From NCBI GenBank assembly GCA_963841915.1, contig CAWJEN010000005.1, positions 224,001 to 288,000 of the forward strand: 64,000 bases of DNA, in the 5' to 3' direction. The translations under genes were made by a program, and so were the position numbers. The notes below the pieces were generated by a model that was not told where the DNA came from, made no database searches, and was given only the letters and a program-made list of their open reading frames with translations. Shown piece by piece: positions 9,001 to 18,633 of the stretch; the stretch's first letter is position 1; every line of letters begins with the position of its first letter. This DNA comes from an uncultured Planctomycetota bacterium. GTDB taxonomy: Bacteria; Planctomycetota; Phycisphaerae; Tepidisphaerales; Tepidisphaeraceae.

Positions 9001-9511
9001 GATGGAGGTTAAAGGTGAGGTAACGCAGCTCGTCCGGCTCAGGCACAGCCTGCATGAGCGCCTGGATCGGAGCGACCAGAATAGCCGGTGCGTCACCGGG
9101 CTTGGCCAGGCGCGTGAGCAGACGGATACGATCACTTACCAGCTCCTCCGACGCCCCGCCCAAGCCGGCACTGGTTTCTAATGCCGCTAGAATCTCGGGT
9201 CGCGACCCGCTGCCGTTGAAAAGTTCGATGTCGTCGGCGAGATCATCGGCCTCGTCGATGTGCCCGCAGACCACGAGCATCGGCCGCTCCGTGTGCCGAT
9301 GCATGGCCGCGGCGGTGAGTGCCACGCTGCTGCCCCACAAGCCACTGATCAGCGTGGCCGAACCTGCTTTGACGTCTCCAGCCATCGCAACGAGGGCCTG
9401 ATCGCTCATGAGATCGCGGATGACTTCTGGCGGAACGGGCGACACGTCCTGCGATGGGATGCGACTTTTAAGCTTCTTTGCGGGCTCCTTAGCGGCAACG
9501 GAGGACGGCAT
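6041..9511 (-). CDS. mfd: Transcription-repair coupling factor
   Basis: PGDFAVRGGIIDV, GDYVVHVAHGIAKF, MDRLLCGDVGYGKTE, IVDEEQRFGV, SATPIPRTL, QLRGRVGR, DLELRGAGNILG. Confidence 0.98.
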   Translation of the reverse strand: MPSSVAAKEPAKKLKSRIPSQDVSPVPPEVIRDLMSDQALVAMAGDVKAGSATLISGLWGSSVALTAAAMHRHTERPMLVVCGHIDEADDLADDIELFNGSGSRPEILAALETSAGLGGASEELVSDRIRLLTRLAKPGDAPAILVAPIQALMQAVPEPDELRYLTFNLHPGQEIEPEKLIVWLSDHGYNRLDQVEVPGDFAVRGGIIDVYLPGKFGTVDGSGLQQLGLPVRVDFFGDQVETLKRFNIDTLGSEGTLEAVEFVDLKGKVDESRSTSVLKFVPDDAIVFFWAPLEIAEQARSYLTKAADQRGLYPLASVLKLIGKRPTIEASQFDQGYVSLVNDAAADYVKSLKLPVRSLQMFETESKKALEEVGELSRRQSVTVFCENSGDQSRLCELLEAESPGACERIDTPIGYLHRGFVWGDERDEERGLSNEAGADASGPVARSSSLVALVGHHELFHRYEMRRRVRSKGVGGGTTKQIDSFLDLSVGDYVVHVAHGIAKFTGMQTMEKEGRKEEYLTLRFAENAALYVPASRINLVQKYVGGFSGHPTLSKLGGTAWEKQKEKVGEAVMDMAAEMLEVQARRAAEVGHPFPSDTEWQKEFEAEFPYSETEDQLTAAEDIKSDMTKPRPMDRLLCGDVGYGKTEMAMRAAFKAVEAGKQVAVLVPTTVLAEQHERSFKERMKAYPFAIESLSRFKTARQTKDIQAALASGDIDIVIGTHKLLGKGTHFKDLGLVIVDEEQRFGVTHKEKLKQLRTQVDVLTMSATPIPRTLHMGMVGLRDISSLTTPPQDRRAIVTEVLSFEEERIRLAINRELQRGGQVFYVHNKVFDIAEQAAMIKRLCPDARVIYGHGQMDEGELEKVMLKFIRHEADVLVATTIIESGLDIPNANTMFINGADRFGLSALHQLRGRVGRYKHRAYCYMLLPADRVLTEVAAKRLKAIEEFSHLGAGFKIAMRDLELRGAGNILGPEQSGHIATVGYEMYCQLLEDATRQLKDEPIATKPEAHVEIDVTTFIPKTYVHNDRQRMDLYRRLTRCTTIEEIRQLKQDVADAFGEPPRQMEVVYALTELRLLASHFGIDRIVRQVPDVALGVRDATRAQQALQGAPGTLRVIDQKTIYLRPPAVFIEPEPLLLTLRNLLMKGYEAEQPATAS

Positions 9512-9596
9512 GGAGCAGCGTAGGAAGCGGCAGACGCAACATGGCTGGCATCAATTTGGCTGCTCGCTGCTGCTTTGCATGGTGTAGCTTTACCTT

Positions 9597-11006
9597 GTGC
9601 TAGGGCTAAACCACGTTGTCGATTTCGTCCTGGCCAAGCGCAAAGACGTCAGCCGCGGGCCGGTTCGCCTTTGGATCGAGCGGCTGCGCGACAGCTTCTG
9701 GTTTGTACCGAGCCTCTTCGCCGGGACGGCCACCCTGATGGGCATGATGATGCCTTACATCGATGCGGCCATTGGCGATGAAGAGAGCTCACGGACGTTT
9801 GCCTTCACGTTCGACTCGGGTGCGGGTGGCGCACGGCTGATGCTACAAAGCATCGCCGGCAGCTCGATCACCGTCGTGGCGACCGTCTTTTCGATCACGA
9901 TTGCCACACTCGCCCTCACCAGCGGGCAGTTCGGCCCACGCTTGCTCCGCACATTTGTCGTCGACCGCGGCATCCAGCTTTCGATGGGCACGTTCCTGGC
10001 GACGTTCCTGTATCCGTTGCTCGTGGTAAGAACCGTCCAGACGCCCGACGAAGGGGGCGGCGACGGGTTCGTCCCGCACATCAGTGTCACGCTGGCCATG
10101 GTGCTCGGCGTCACGTCCGTCGGCGTGCTGATCTACTTCATCCACCACCTCGCCCTGCTCATCAGGGCACCGCACGTGGTCGAAACGGTCGGAATCGAAC
10201 TCGACGACGCCGTCGACAGCGTGCTGCCACGCGGAAGATCGCTTGATCGGCAAGGCGAACTGCCCGAACCACCACAGGGCGTCTCGCGAACCGTAGTGGT
10301 CCGAGCGCGCACCAGCGGCCACGTATCGTTCATCGAAGAAGGCACTATCGCACGTTTAGCGCGAGACTGCGGCACGAGTATGTGGCTCATCGTCAGGCCC
10401 GGCAGCTACGTCTACGAACGCACGCCTTTGCTCGTTACAACCGCTGACGGTGGAGCGTGCCTTGACGATGACACGCGGGAAGAAGCACGCGACGCCTTCC
10501 ATATCGGAGATCGACGAACGATCACGAGCGACGTCTTCTTCGGCATCGATCAGCTGACCGAAATTGCACAGCGGGCGATGAGCCCGGGCATCAACGACCC
10601 GTTCACCGCGTGCGGATGCGTCGACCGACTCGGGGCAGCCCTCAGCCGTGCAGCAGATCGAAAGCTTCCCGCACGCGTCGGCAGATACGACGCGGAAGAC
10701 GAGCCCACCAGCCTGCAAGGCGAAGGCGAGTTGCGCCTCGTCGCGTTTCGACCAACTTGGGCAGATCTAGTTGCCGGGGCGTTCGACCCGATTCGAAGAT
10801 ACGGTACCGGCGACGCGTCCGTGATGTGCCGACTGCTCGATGCTTTGACCCGCCTCCTCGACGCCGCCCCACCCGAACGTCACACTCCACTTCAAGAGCA
10901 AGCTGACGCTGCTATCGCTGCGGTTCGAAAAACAGACGTCGATGATCGTGACAAGTCGCTTGTCGAAAAAGCGTACGCGAGGTTCGTCCGAGCCATTCCT
11001 ACTTGA
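9597..11006 (+). CDS. DUF2254-family predicted membrane protein
   Basis: SFWFVP, TVFSITIATL..TSGQFGPRLL, LIYFIHH, EIAQRAMSPGINDPFTA. Confidence 0.85.
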   Translation: MLGLNHVVDFVLAKRKDVSRGPVRLWIERLRDSFWFVPSLFAGTATLMGMMMPYIDAAIGDEESSRTFAFTFDSGAGGARLMLQSIAGSSITVVATVFSITIATLALTSGQFGPRLLRTFVVDRGIQLSMGTFLATFLYPLLVVRTVQTPDEGGGDGFVPHISVTLAMVLGVTSVGVLIYFIHHLALLIRAPHVVETVGIELDDAVDSVLPRGRSLDRQGELPEPPQGVSRTVVVRARTSGHVSFIEEGTIARLARDCGTSMWLIVRPGSYVYERTPLLVTTADGGACLDDDTREEARDAFHIGDRRTITSDVFFGIDQLTEIAQRAMSPGINDPFTACGCVDRLGAALSRAADRKLPARVGRYDAEDEPTSLQGEGELRLVAFRPTWADLVAGAFDPIRRYGTGDASVMCRLLDALTRLLDAAPPERHTPLQEQADAAIAAVRKTDVDDRDKSLVEKAYARFVRAIPT

Positions 11007-11041
11007 CGCTGGAGCGGCACGGGCTAAGCTGCCCTCCTTGC

Positions 11042-11115
11042 GGGCGATTAGCTCAGTTGGCTAGAGCGCATCCCCGACACGGATGAGGTCACAGGTTCGA
11101 GCCCTGTATCGCCCA
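11042..11115 (+). tRNA. tRNA-Val(GAC)
   Basis: GGGCGAT/ATCGCCC acceptor stem, CATCC-CCGACAC-GGATG anticodon arm, GGTTCGAG T-loop; CCA not encoded. Confidence 0.95.
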
Positions 11116-11648
11116 TACCCCCGCAAGTCGTTCTCACAACTTAATTTACCGATTCGGGCGGTACCGGACGTTGATTGATCCGCACTTTGCGTGATTCGCA
11201 AGTTGCAGCTTCGTCGTCTCGGACTTAGCGTCAGGCGGATCAAACTAGTCTAACGCGTCAGCGGCCTGCCCGTACGAGCAGCCAGGAATGGTGGCTAATT
11301 TGTACGACACTCATCCAACTCCTCAGCGGCGTCGCTGCTCCCATTGATAGCCGTTGCACGTTGCCGTCGCAATGAAGCCGCATTGGTCGGCCAATGCATC
11401 AGAGGCCGACCTGGCTTGGTCGAAGCTCGGCGAGCTTCTCGTGATTGGGGTCAACATGTCTTTGTACTAACAGCCGCCGCGGCAACCCGCCGTGACGCTG
11501 AACGATCAGGAACAGGTTGAACACGAGCTTTGCCGAACCTCCACCTCCCGCCCAGGCTTTGGCGAAGTGTGGCCGTTGATAATGCGCATGAGAAAGGGCC
11601 GGAACAAGTCACTTCCGGCCCTTCGTCTCAGCAATTCACCTAGCGGCG

Positions 11649-12371
11649 TCACACGGCGTCGGCCGACGGACCATACCCGTCGAGAATCGCCCTCAGAGCC
11701 GGCATCGACTCCCGCATCACGCTTTCGAAGGCATGTGCCCGAGCCTCCTCGTCCATGCCGCCGTAGAACAGCACCTGCACCTGCCCCCCGCCGTAGACAC
11801 GGCCGGTTCCTTGTCGCGCGAAGCTGCGGAGCGACTCCATGTCGCGGCTCGTCTTGCCGTTGGCTTGGAGCATGAAGTTGTAGATGACCACCGGCTGCTC
11901 CTCATCGCCGCCAGGCGGCACCATTCGGTAGATCGTGCCGCGGATCGGCAGTTCATCCACCGTCCAGTCAGCCTCGTCCCGGCTAATGATTTGCCAGCCC
12001 TGGCCGGGGTAACACGCAGGCGGGTAGTGGTTCAGTAGGTTTGCGATGTCGCTCGTCTGAACGAGCAGAAGGCTCACCGTCCCACGCCCGCCGAGCGATT
12101 CGTAGCTGCGCGACACGAGGACGTTCGGCTTCAGCATGTCCACCGCCTGCGTCGGCACAGGCACGTCGCTGCCGATCCAACCACCGGGCAGCGTGTACGG
12201 CACCTCGTCCGCCGCCTCGCGGGCTTGGGCGAAGTACGCCTCCGTCACCTTGCTCGGCCCAGACGATTCACCACGCATCGCTGCGTAAAGGAGCATCGAT
12301 GTTGTTACCGCCACTGGCAGTCCGAGGTTTAACAGAAGCCCGTGTCCAAGTCGCTTCTTGAAGCCGCTCAT
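11649..12371 (-). CDS. Exosortase-associated EpsI-family protein
   Basis: N-terminal TM, VPYTLPGGWIGSD, HYPPACYPGQGW motif; directly downstream of exosortase. Confidence 0.8.
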   Translation of the reverse strand: MSGFKKRLGHGLLLNLGLPVAVTTSMLLYAAMRGESSGPSKVTEAYFAQAREAADEVPYTLPGGWIGSDVPVPTQAVDMLKPNVLVSRSYESLGGRGTVSLLLVQTSDIANLLNHYPPACYPGQGWQIISRDEADWTVDELPIRGTIYRMVPPGGDEEQPVVIYNFMLQANGKTSRDMESLRSFARQGTGRVYGGGQVQVLFYGGMDEEARAHAFESVMRESMPALRAILDGYGPSADAV

Positions 12372-13288
12372 GAAGCTACCTCCAGACTCCGGCTACCGCC
12401 GGGTGTTGCCTCGCGATGGATCGGCACGCCGAGGAACTCGAGCAGCGAAGCAAATCCGGTGAGCAGGAGGTACCCAATAAACAGCACGCCCCACCCGGCC
12501 ATGTCATGAAAGGCTTTGGCTGCTTCGTCGCTGTAGTTGCCGTAGACCCACACCGTCGGCACGAGACGAATCACGTTGCAAACCAATGCCAAGAGAGGGC
12601 TGAGTAGCAGGATCAGCAACCTGACCCACCAGCGGTATGGCGTGGCGAAGGCAAAGGCGACTGCCACGAGCGCGAGCGCCCAGATCCCGCGGATGCCGGC
12701 ACACGCTTCCTCGACCGTCACCTCGACGCCGTTGATCGCCAAGAGATTGCCCGTCCGCTCCACCGGAATTGCCATCGCCGACAATGTGACCTCCGTCGCC
12801 ACCGCGGCAATGTCCATCAGCGGGCTCGCCGCTTGCTGCACGACGTGCGGCGGCAGCGGCGTTAAAAAGCCGAGCACGAAGAAGGCCGGCAGGAACTTGA
12901 CGAGTGCCTCACGACCCACGACCGTCACGAGAGCCCCGACGATGATGAGCACAGCCCCGAGGTGGTAGGCCAGGAACGCCGTATACTGGCTTCCGAAGAA
13001 GAAGCCCAGCAGGCCCACCAGCGTCAGCACGCAGCCGATCCAAGTGGATCGCACCAAGTAATTATGCAGCCGCTGGCGTCGCACGAAGACGAGCCACGCC
13101 GCAATGACGGGGACGAGGATCAGGTGGCTCGATTCCGAATCGCTGATCGCCCGCTTCGCCAGCAACGCCCAAGCGTCGCGGGCGACGTACCAGCCGAGAC
13201 CCAGCAGCACGACGGCTGCTAACCAACGCAGTGGCACGGCGCGGGTTCGTCCATGCTGGGCGGGAGGATGGAGTGCGACCTGCGTCAT
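12368..13288 (-). CDS. Exosortase (EpsH family)
   Basis: Multi-TM; SHLILVP, VEEACAGIR (Cys), CNVIRL (Arg), FHDMAG (His). Confidence 0.92.
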   Translation of the reverse strand: MTQVALHPPAQHGRTRAVPLRWLAAVVLLGLGWYVARDAWALLAKRAISDSESSHLILVPVIAAWLVFVRRQRLHNYLVRSTWIGCVLTLVGLLGFFFGSQYTAFLAYHLGAVLIIVGALVTVVGREALVKFLPAFFVLGFLTPLPPHVVQQAASPLMDIAAVATEVTLSAMAIPVERTGNLLAINGVEVTVEEACAGIRGIWALALVAVAFAFATPYRWWVRLLILLLSPLLALVCNVIRLVPTVWVYGNYSDEAAKAFHDMAGWGVLFIGYLLLTGFASLLEFLGVPIHREATPGGSRSLEVAS

Positions 13289-13330
13289 CTCTGGGGTTCG
13301 ATCATGCCACGTGATCTTGCCCGAGGCTAC

Positions 13331-14539
13331 TCAACCGCCCGCTTCATCGCCTCGCCGCAGTACGTCCTGAATCAATTTAACGCAGGCCTGCGAGGTCTGC
13401 TCGATGTGGAAGTGTGACAACGCCCGCTCTCGCCCAGCTGCCGCCATTTGCTGTCGCTCCTCCGGATCCCGCAAAAGCCGCACCATCGCCGCCGCCATTG
13501 CCTCGGCATCGCCCGGCGGCACGAGCAGGCCCGTCTCGCCGTCCACCACCGTCTCCCGCACGCCGCCCGCGTCGGTCGCGACGACCGCCCGCCGGGCCGC
13601 CATCGCCTCAACGACGACCTGTCCGAACGGCTCGGGCGTCGTGCTGGCGTGGACGACGAGCGTCAGCTTTGCCAGGGCGCCCCACACGTCGTCGGCGAAC
13701 CCGGCGAACTCCACGTGACCCGCCAGGTCGCCGCGCCCGGCCCGCTCGCGAAGCGCCGCCTCGACGTCGTCCTCGCCGAACAGGGCCGACCCGATGATCC
13801 GGAAGCGAACCTGCGGCAGCTCACGCCTGACGATCGCCGCCGCCTCGAGGAAAACGTCCTGCCCCTTCCACGCCGCCAGCCGCCCGACGATGCCGACCAC
13901 CGGCCCCCCCGGCCCCCCCACATCATCCCCGAACCCGTCGCCCTCCGGCTCGTCCGCGACCTCGTCCGGCGGCACGACGCCCGAGTAGACGACCCGCGAC
14001 GGCTTGCGGCCGCCCAGCCGGACCGTCTCCAGCGTGTGCTCGCTGTTGGCCGCGACGCCCTGCGGCACGAGCCGGCACAGCCGCCGAAAGACCGGCACGA
14101 CCTTCGCCGGCAGGTAGTCGGGCATCACCCGATCCCGCACGTGCCAGATGCAGGGAACGCCAGCCATCCGCGCCGCCAGCCCGCCCAGCACGTCCGCCTT
14201 GAGCGTGTTGCAGTAGACGAGGTCGGCCCGCTCCTCGCGAATCGCCCGCGCCAGCCGCCGGACGAACCCGATAGCCGCCGGCACCTTCGCGAGCGACGAG
14301 AGCCCGACCCCGCCTTTCTTCGCCGCCCGCACCGTATCGCTCAACGGCACGACCCGCGTCGGACACCCGGCCGTTTTCAGCCTGGCAACGAGCGGCCCGT
14401 CCTCGAACAGAATCGCCCGCGGCTCAATCGTCGAGTCGTTGGCGAGCTGGCCCACCAGGTTGGCGAGCGCGATCTCGCCGCCGCCGAGCTTCGCCGTGTG
14501 GTCGAGGAACAGGACGCGAATCGGCTCGGCTGCGTCCAC
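13331..14539 (-). CDS. GT4 glycosyltransferase
   Basis: LFLDHTAKLGGGE, VGRLAAWKGQ, PEPFGQVVVEAMA. Confidence 0.92.
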   Translation of the reverse strand: MDAAEPIRVLFLDHTAKLGGGEIALANLVGQLANDSTIEPRAILFEDGPLVARLKTAGCPTRVVPLSDTVRAAKKGGVGLSSLAKVPAAIGFVRRLARAIREERADLVYCNTLKADVLGGLAARMAGVPCIWHVRDRVMPDYLPAKVVPVFRRLCRLVPQGVAANSEHTLETVRLGGRKPSRVVYSGVVPPDEVADEPEGDGFGDDVGGPGGPVVGIVGRLAAWKGQDVFLEAAAIVRRELPQVRFRIIGSALFGEDDVEAALRERAGRGDLAGHVEFAGFADDVWGALAKLTLVVHASTTPEPFGQVVVEAMAARRAVVATDAGGVRETVVDGETGLLVPPGDAEAMAAAMVRLLRDPEERQQMAAAGRERALSHFHIEQTSQACVKLIQDVLRRGDEAGG

Positions 14540-14562
14540 GACGTTGGAGGGTGGCTCCTGCC

Positions 14563-15720
14563 TCAGTGCGGCACTCCCGCCGCGTCAGCCTCGCGGGCGA
14601 CGGCCTCATAGACGTCGAGCGTCTTCTTCGCACACGCTTCCCACGAGAAGGCCTTCGCCCGCTCAAGCCCCGCCGCACGGAGCCGGGCATGTTCGGCCGG
14701 ATCGTCGAGCAGCCGCCGCACCGCCTCGGCGAGCGCCGCGTCGTCGTGCGGGTCGACCTGCACCCCCGCGTCGCCCACGACTTCGGGCAAGCTCGCCGCG
14801 TTGCTGCTGACGACGGGCGTCCCGCACGCCATCGCCTCCAACGGCGGCCAGCCGAACCCCTCGAACGTGCTCGGGAAGACGAACGCGTCAGCCGCCCGGT
14901 AGTGGGCCGCCAGCCCGTCATCCCCCGGAACCCGCCCGGCATCGACGACCCGGTCGGCCACGCCCAGCTGCCTCGCCAGCTCCGCCTCGTCGTCGAAGAG
15001 CGGCGCCCCGACCCGCAGGAGCACGACGTCCTCCGGCAGCCGCGCCAGCATCCGCAGGACGGCCGGCGAGTTCTTGTAGCGGTTGCGGGTGCAGACGTGC
15101 AGGACGATTCGATGTGCCGGATTGATGCCGTGCGAAGCAAGGACCCGCTCGCGCTCGCTCTCGGCCGCGTCATGCCACAGGCCGTCCGGCCTCCGCTCAA
15201 CGCCGTGAGGCACGACGACGACGCGGTCGGCCGGCATGCGGAGGAAGCGGAGGGCCTGGCTCTTCGTCGCCTCGCTGGGGACGATGACGCGGGTGCTTTT
15301 CTCGACGAGCCTTAGTTTTCGCTTGAACGTCTCCCCGACCAAGCGGCCACGATTAAAGTCGAGTTCGCCGAGCGTCGACAGCATCGGGATCACGTCGTGC
15401 AGCGTGATGACGCTCCGATCGAGGTCACAGGCGCGGAGTAGATTCGCGTGCGAGTGATCGAGCACGTGCGTCACGTCGGGCCGCAGTTCGCGTTGCCAGC
15501 GTCGAACGAGGCGGGGGTATCGAACGAGCCGTCCCCACCGCGACGCATTCGCCATGCCTGCCAACCGGGCAAGCGCCGGCGGGGGAGCGGTGGAGCGCAT
15601 CGTGACGTCGAGCGAGCCGAGAGCCGAAAGTGCCCCGGCGAGCGACGCCGCGTACCGCTGCGAACTCCGCGACGGGAACCCCTCAAGGTTTTCCAGCAGG
15701 AGTGCCGTCCGGCCCACCAT
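14563..15720 (-). CDS. GT4 glycosyltransferase
   Basis: ITLHDVIP, FVFPSTFEGFGWPPLEAMACG; ATG 15720 overlaps the upstream TGA. Confidence 0.92.
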   Translation of the reverse strand: MVGRTALLLENLEGFPSRSSQRYAASLAGALSALGSLDVTMRSTAPPPALARLAGMANASRWGRLVRYPRLVRRWQRELRPDVTHVLDHSHANLLRACDLDRSVITLHDVIPMLSTLGELDFNRGRLVGETFKRKLRLVEKSTRVIVPSEATKSQALRFLRMPADRVVVVPHGVERRPDGLWHDAAESERERVLASHGINPAHRIVLHVCTRNRYKNSPAVLRMLARLPEDVVLLRVGAPLFDDEAELARQLGVADRVVDAGRVPGDDGLAAHYRAADAFVFPSTFEGFGWPPLEAMACGTPVVSSNAASLPEVVGDAGVQVDPHDDAALAEAVRRLLDDPAEHARLRAAGLERAKAFSWEACAKKTLDVYEAVAREADAAGVPH

Positions 15721-16853
15721 CAGCCGACCTTCCGCCGGTAGATCTTTTCGAACAGCCTGAGGTAGGCGGCCGTCATCTTGGTCCAAGTCACGTTCTCCGC
15801 CGAAGCCCGCGACCGCTGGCGGAGGCGTTCGAGCGACTCGCGATCGTCTCGAAGCGTTCTGAGGGCCCCCGCGAGGCCGGCGACGTCGCTCGCGTCGCGC
15901 AGGCGGAGGACCGGCTCATCCGGGACGTACGTCGCGGCGCCGACCTCCGGCCCGCAGATGACCGGCACGCCGCTCGCCAACGCCTCGACGACGACAAGGC
16001 CGAACGGCTCGTAAACGGACGGGAAGGTCATCACGTCCGCCTGACGAAGCAGATCGGCGACATCGGAACGACGGCCGAGGAACGTCACCCGGTAGGCCAC
16101 CCCGAGGCCTTTCGCCTTCGCCGGGAACGGCCCCCCCTCATGCCCTCCAACGGCAACGAGGCGAACCCCGGGCGTCGCCGCAACGGCCTCCAGCACGCGT
16201 CCAAATCCTTTGCGTTCACTTCGCAGGTCGCCGACAAAGATCGCGAGAAGCTCGCTCGCATCACATCCGACCTGTTCTCGCAGTTGGCGCGTCGTCGCCA
16301 CATCGCACGGGCGAAACTGGCTGACGTCGACCCCGTTCGGGATCACCCGAATCTTCTCGGCCGGCACGCCGGCGTCCGCCACGAGCTCCTCGCGAACGCG
16401 GTTGCTGACGGCGACCACTACACCGGCCGCGGCGAAGGCCCGCCGCTCACCCCGCGCGTGAAGTTCGGAGTAGAGGCGGCGGTAGGCCGAGCGCGGCCCG
16501 CTCGGTCGCAGCTGGTTTCGAAACGACGAGTGGACGAAGTGGGCGACGTTGACGTCCGACGCGGCCGATCCCGCGGCGTCGCCGTTGAGCAACACGACCG
16601 CGTCGGGGCCGCGAAGAACGTCGACCGCGCGTCGAAGCCGTGCCGCGTAGGCGGCCTGCCTCAGCAGCTGCGTCGGGCATCGCGCTGCCGGCACGCGTTG
16701 AAAAGCGACGGCCGGGTGCTTAAGTAGTCGCTCGTCCGCCGCATCACAGAGCAGTTGGACCTGCCAGTCGGCCTCGGCCGCGGCCAGGGCGAGCCGGAGG
16801 CAGACCTGACCTTGCCCGTCCGTCGGCACAACCCGGTGCGTCGCGACGATCAG
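15720..16853 (-). CDS. GT4 glycosyltransferase (start uncertain)
   Basis: VIPNGVD, FVGDLRSERKG, PSVYEPFGLVVVEALASG. Confidence 0.88.
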   Translation of the reverse strand: MIVATHRVVPTDGQGQVCLRLALAAAEADWQVQLLCDAADERLLKHPAVAFQRVPAARCPTQLLRQAAYAARLRRAVDVLRGPDAVVLLNGDAAGSAASDVNVAHFVHSSFRNQLRPSGPRSAYRRLYSELHARGERRAFAAAGVVVAVSNRVREELVADAGVPAEKIRVIPNGVDVSQFRPCDVATTRQLREQVGCDASELLAIFVGDLRSERKGFGRVLEAVAATPGVRLVAVGGHEGGPFPAKAKGLGVAYRVTFLGRRSDVADLLRQADVMTFPSVYEPFGLVVVEALASGVPVICGPEVGAATYVPDEPVLRLRDASDVAGLAGALRTLRDDRESLERLRQRSRASAENVTWTKMTAAYLRLFEKIYRRKVG

Positions 16854-17335
16854 ACGGCGTCCGATGGGTCCTCCCGCGCAGGCTCGGGAACTCGCCTCGG
16901 CCGTGACACCGCGGGAACGCCGACGGCGATGTGGCCCGGCGGAACGTCCCGCGTCACGACCGCGCCGGCCGCAATCATCGCCCCCTCGCCGATCGTCAGT
17001 CCGCGGTCGACGCGTGGAATGATGAGGCACCCGACGCCGAGCGTCGCTCCGTCGCCGATCCTGACCCGGTGCGGCGATCCGAGCCACGTTTCTCCGGCAA
17101 TTGTCACGTTGTGGAAGATCGTCACGTTGCGCCCGAACGTCACGTTCGGGTGGATGACCGTGCCCAGGGCCCAATGCCGGAGGTCGACCGGACCAGCGAC
17201 CTCCGCCTCGGCGGGGAGAAGGCACTTGAAGACGAGGAAGTTGACGGTCTTGACGACCCGCGCGCTCCGGCGAAACCCGCACGCGTGGAGCGAGCGCGAC
17301 CACGACCAGATCAACTCCGGACTGATCCCTATCAA
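16850..17335 (-). CDS. Hexapeptide-repeat (serine O-acetyltransferase-like) acyltransferase
   Basis: GTVIHPNVTFGRNVTIFHNVTI, IGEGAMIAAGAVVTRDVP....VGVPA. Confidence 0.88.
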   Translation of the reverse strand: MIGISPELIWSWSRSLHACGFRRSARVVKTVNFLVFKCLLPAEAEVAGPVDLRHWALGTVIHPNVTFGRNVTIFHNVTIAGETWLGSPHRVRIGDGATLGVGCLIIPRVDRGLTIGEGAMIAAGAVVTRDVPPGHIAVGVPAVSRPRRVPEPAREDPSDAV

Positions 17336-18633
17336 GCCGGCCCCCGAAGGAGATCCTCGACGCGGCCGGCGATGGAGGCGGCATCGAAGGTTGCCTCGGC
17401 ATGGGCGCGCGTCACGCCCGGATCGCAGAGGGAGCCGGCCCGCTTTCGTCGAACGGCTTCGAGCAGGGCGTCGCGCAGGTCTTCCACGGTGTTGTGCTCA
17501 AGACGGCGAGACATCGGGCAGAGGTAGTCACCGGTGCCGTTGGTCGCCCCGACGATGGCGGGCGTGCCGCAGGCCATCGCCTCCGCGACGCTCATGCCGA
17601 AATCCTCCTCGTCCGACGGTTGACAGAGCACGTCAGCCGCCTGCAGGTAGCCGATGACTTCCGGCCTTGGGACGCGCTCGACATAGCAAAGCCGCGAGGG
17701 AACCGGATACTCCGCCAGAAGCCGGCGGAGGCCGGGGGCGAAGCCAAAGCTGCCCACGATCGTGAGCTCGACCTGCGTTCCGCCTTGCTCGCACCTAGCT
17801 GCGGCGTCGAGGAGAAGATCCAGCCGCTTGCGGGGAACAATCCGGCCAAGCCAGAGCACTCGCAGCGGCATGTCACGCGAGGGCACGCGCTCTCGACGAT
17901 CAAAAGCGGCGAAGTCGAGCGGGTACGGCAGCGCGGTGATCGGCGTCGCCTGCGCGGCCAACTCCTTCATCAGCTGTTGTCGCGACCAACGGCTCCCGCA
18001 GATGAGCGCGTCCGATGCCGAGTAATCCGGCCGACCCAGCGCCAGCCGGTAGCTCCCGTAAGTCCGGAGCAACGTCCGACGCCACCAGGTCTCCGTCCGG
18101 CGGAGCAGGTCTTTGCGGGCGGTGAGGGATCGGACGTCGGTGCCCGCGCCGCCCTGAACCCAGCTCACGGCCCGAAGCCCGGCCACCCGACCGAAGGCGG
18201 GCGTGCCGATAAAGAGGACGGCATCGAACGGCTCGAGATGGTGAGCCGCGCGCATCGCCCGCGTCACGGCGCGAGCGAACGCCCGATGCTGGAGGAGTGA
18301 GATCGGGGTCGCAAGCTGAGCGCCAACCAGCCGCGTTGCCAGCCGCTTGGCCCGGTCCGCCAGGGGATCCTCCGCCCGGCGATACCGCAGGTTGGGATGG
18401 CGGTCGAGCAGGTCGACCGGGTGGACGAACGACGGCTTCGAGAAGAAGTCGATCTGGTGCCCGCGCGCGAGGAGCGCGTCGAGCAACTGATGCCCCGCCG
18501 CGGCGATGCTTCCGCTGCGGGCATCGACGTAGCCGTTACACGCGATCCGAAGCGGCTTCGGACTCTCGCCGGCCGGGGTTGCCTCGGGAGAACTCGGCAC
18601 TGCTGGCGCTGAGACGGCGGCTCGCTTCGTCAC
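17332..18633 (-). CDS. GT4 glycosyltransferase
   Basis: WLGRIVPRKR, PSDEEDFGMSVAEAMACG; GTGA overlap with upstream stop. Confidence 0.88.
   Translation of the reverse strand: MTKRAAVSAPAVPSSPEATPAGESPKPLRIACNGYVDARSGSIAAAGHQLLDALLARGHQIDFFSKPSFVHPVDLLDRHPNLRYRRAEDPLADRAKRLATRLVGAQLATPISLLQHRAFARAVTRAMRAAHHLEPFDAVLFIGTPAFGRVAGLRAVSWVQGGAGTDVRSLTARKDLLRRTETWWRRTLLRTYGSYRLALGRPDYSASDALICGSRWSRQQLMKELAAQATPITALPYPLDFAAFDRRERVPSRDMPLRVLWLGRIVPRKRLDLLLDAAARCEQGGTQVELTIVGSFGFAPGLRRLLAEYPVPSRLCYVERVPRPEVIGYLQAADVLCQPSDEEDFGMSVAEAMACGTPAIVGATNGTGDYLCPMSRRLEHNTVEDLRDALLEAVRRKRAGSLCDPGVTRAHAEATFDAASIAGRVEDLLRGPA

Noticed and set aside
11116..11648. attL/attR, Xer-like site or ncRNA downstream of tRNA-Val(GAC)
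   Set aside because: Only a weak imperfect palindrome (CGCAAGTCGTT...CAACTT) and no duplicated tRNA 3' end found by eye; needs a covariance-model search
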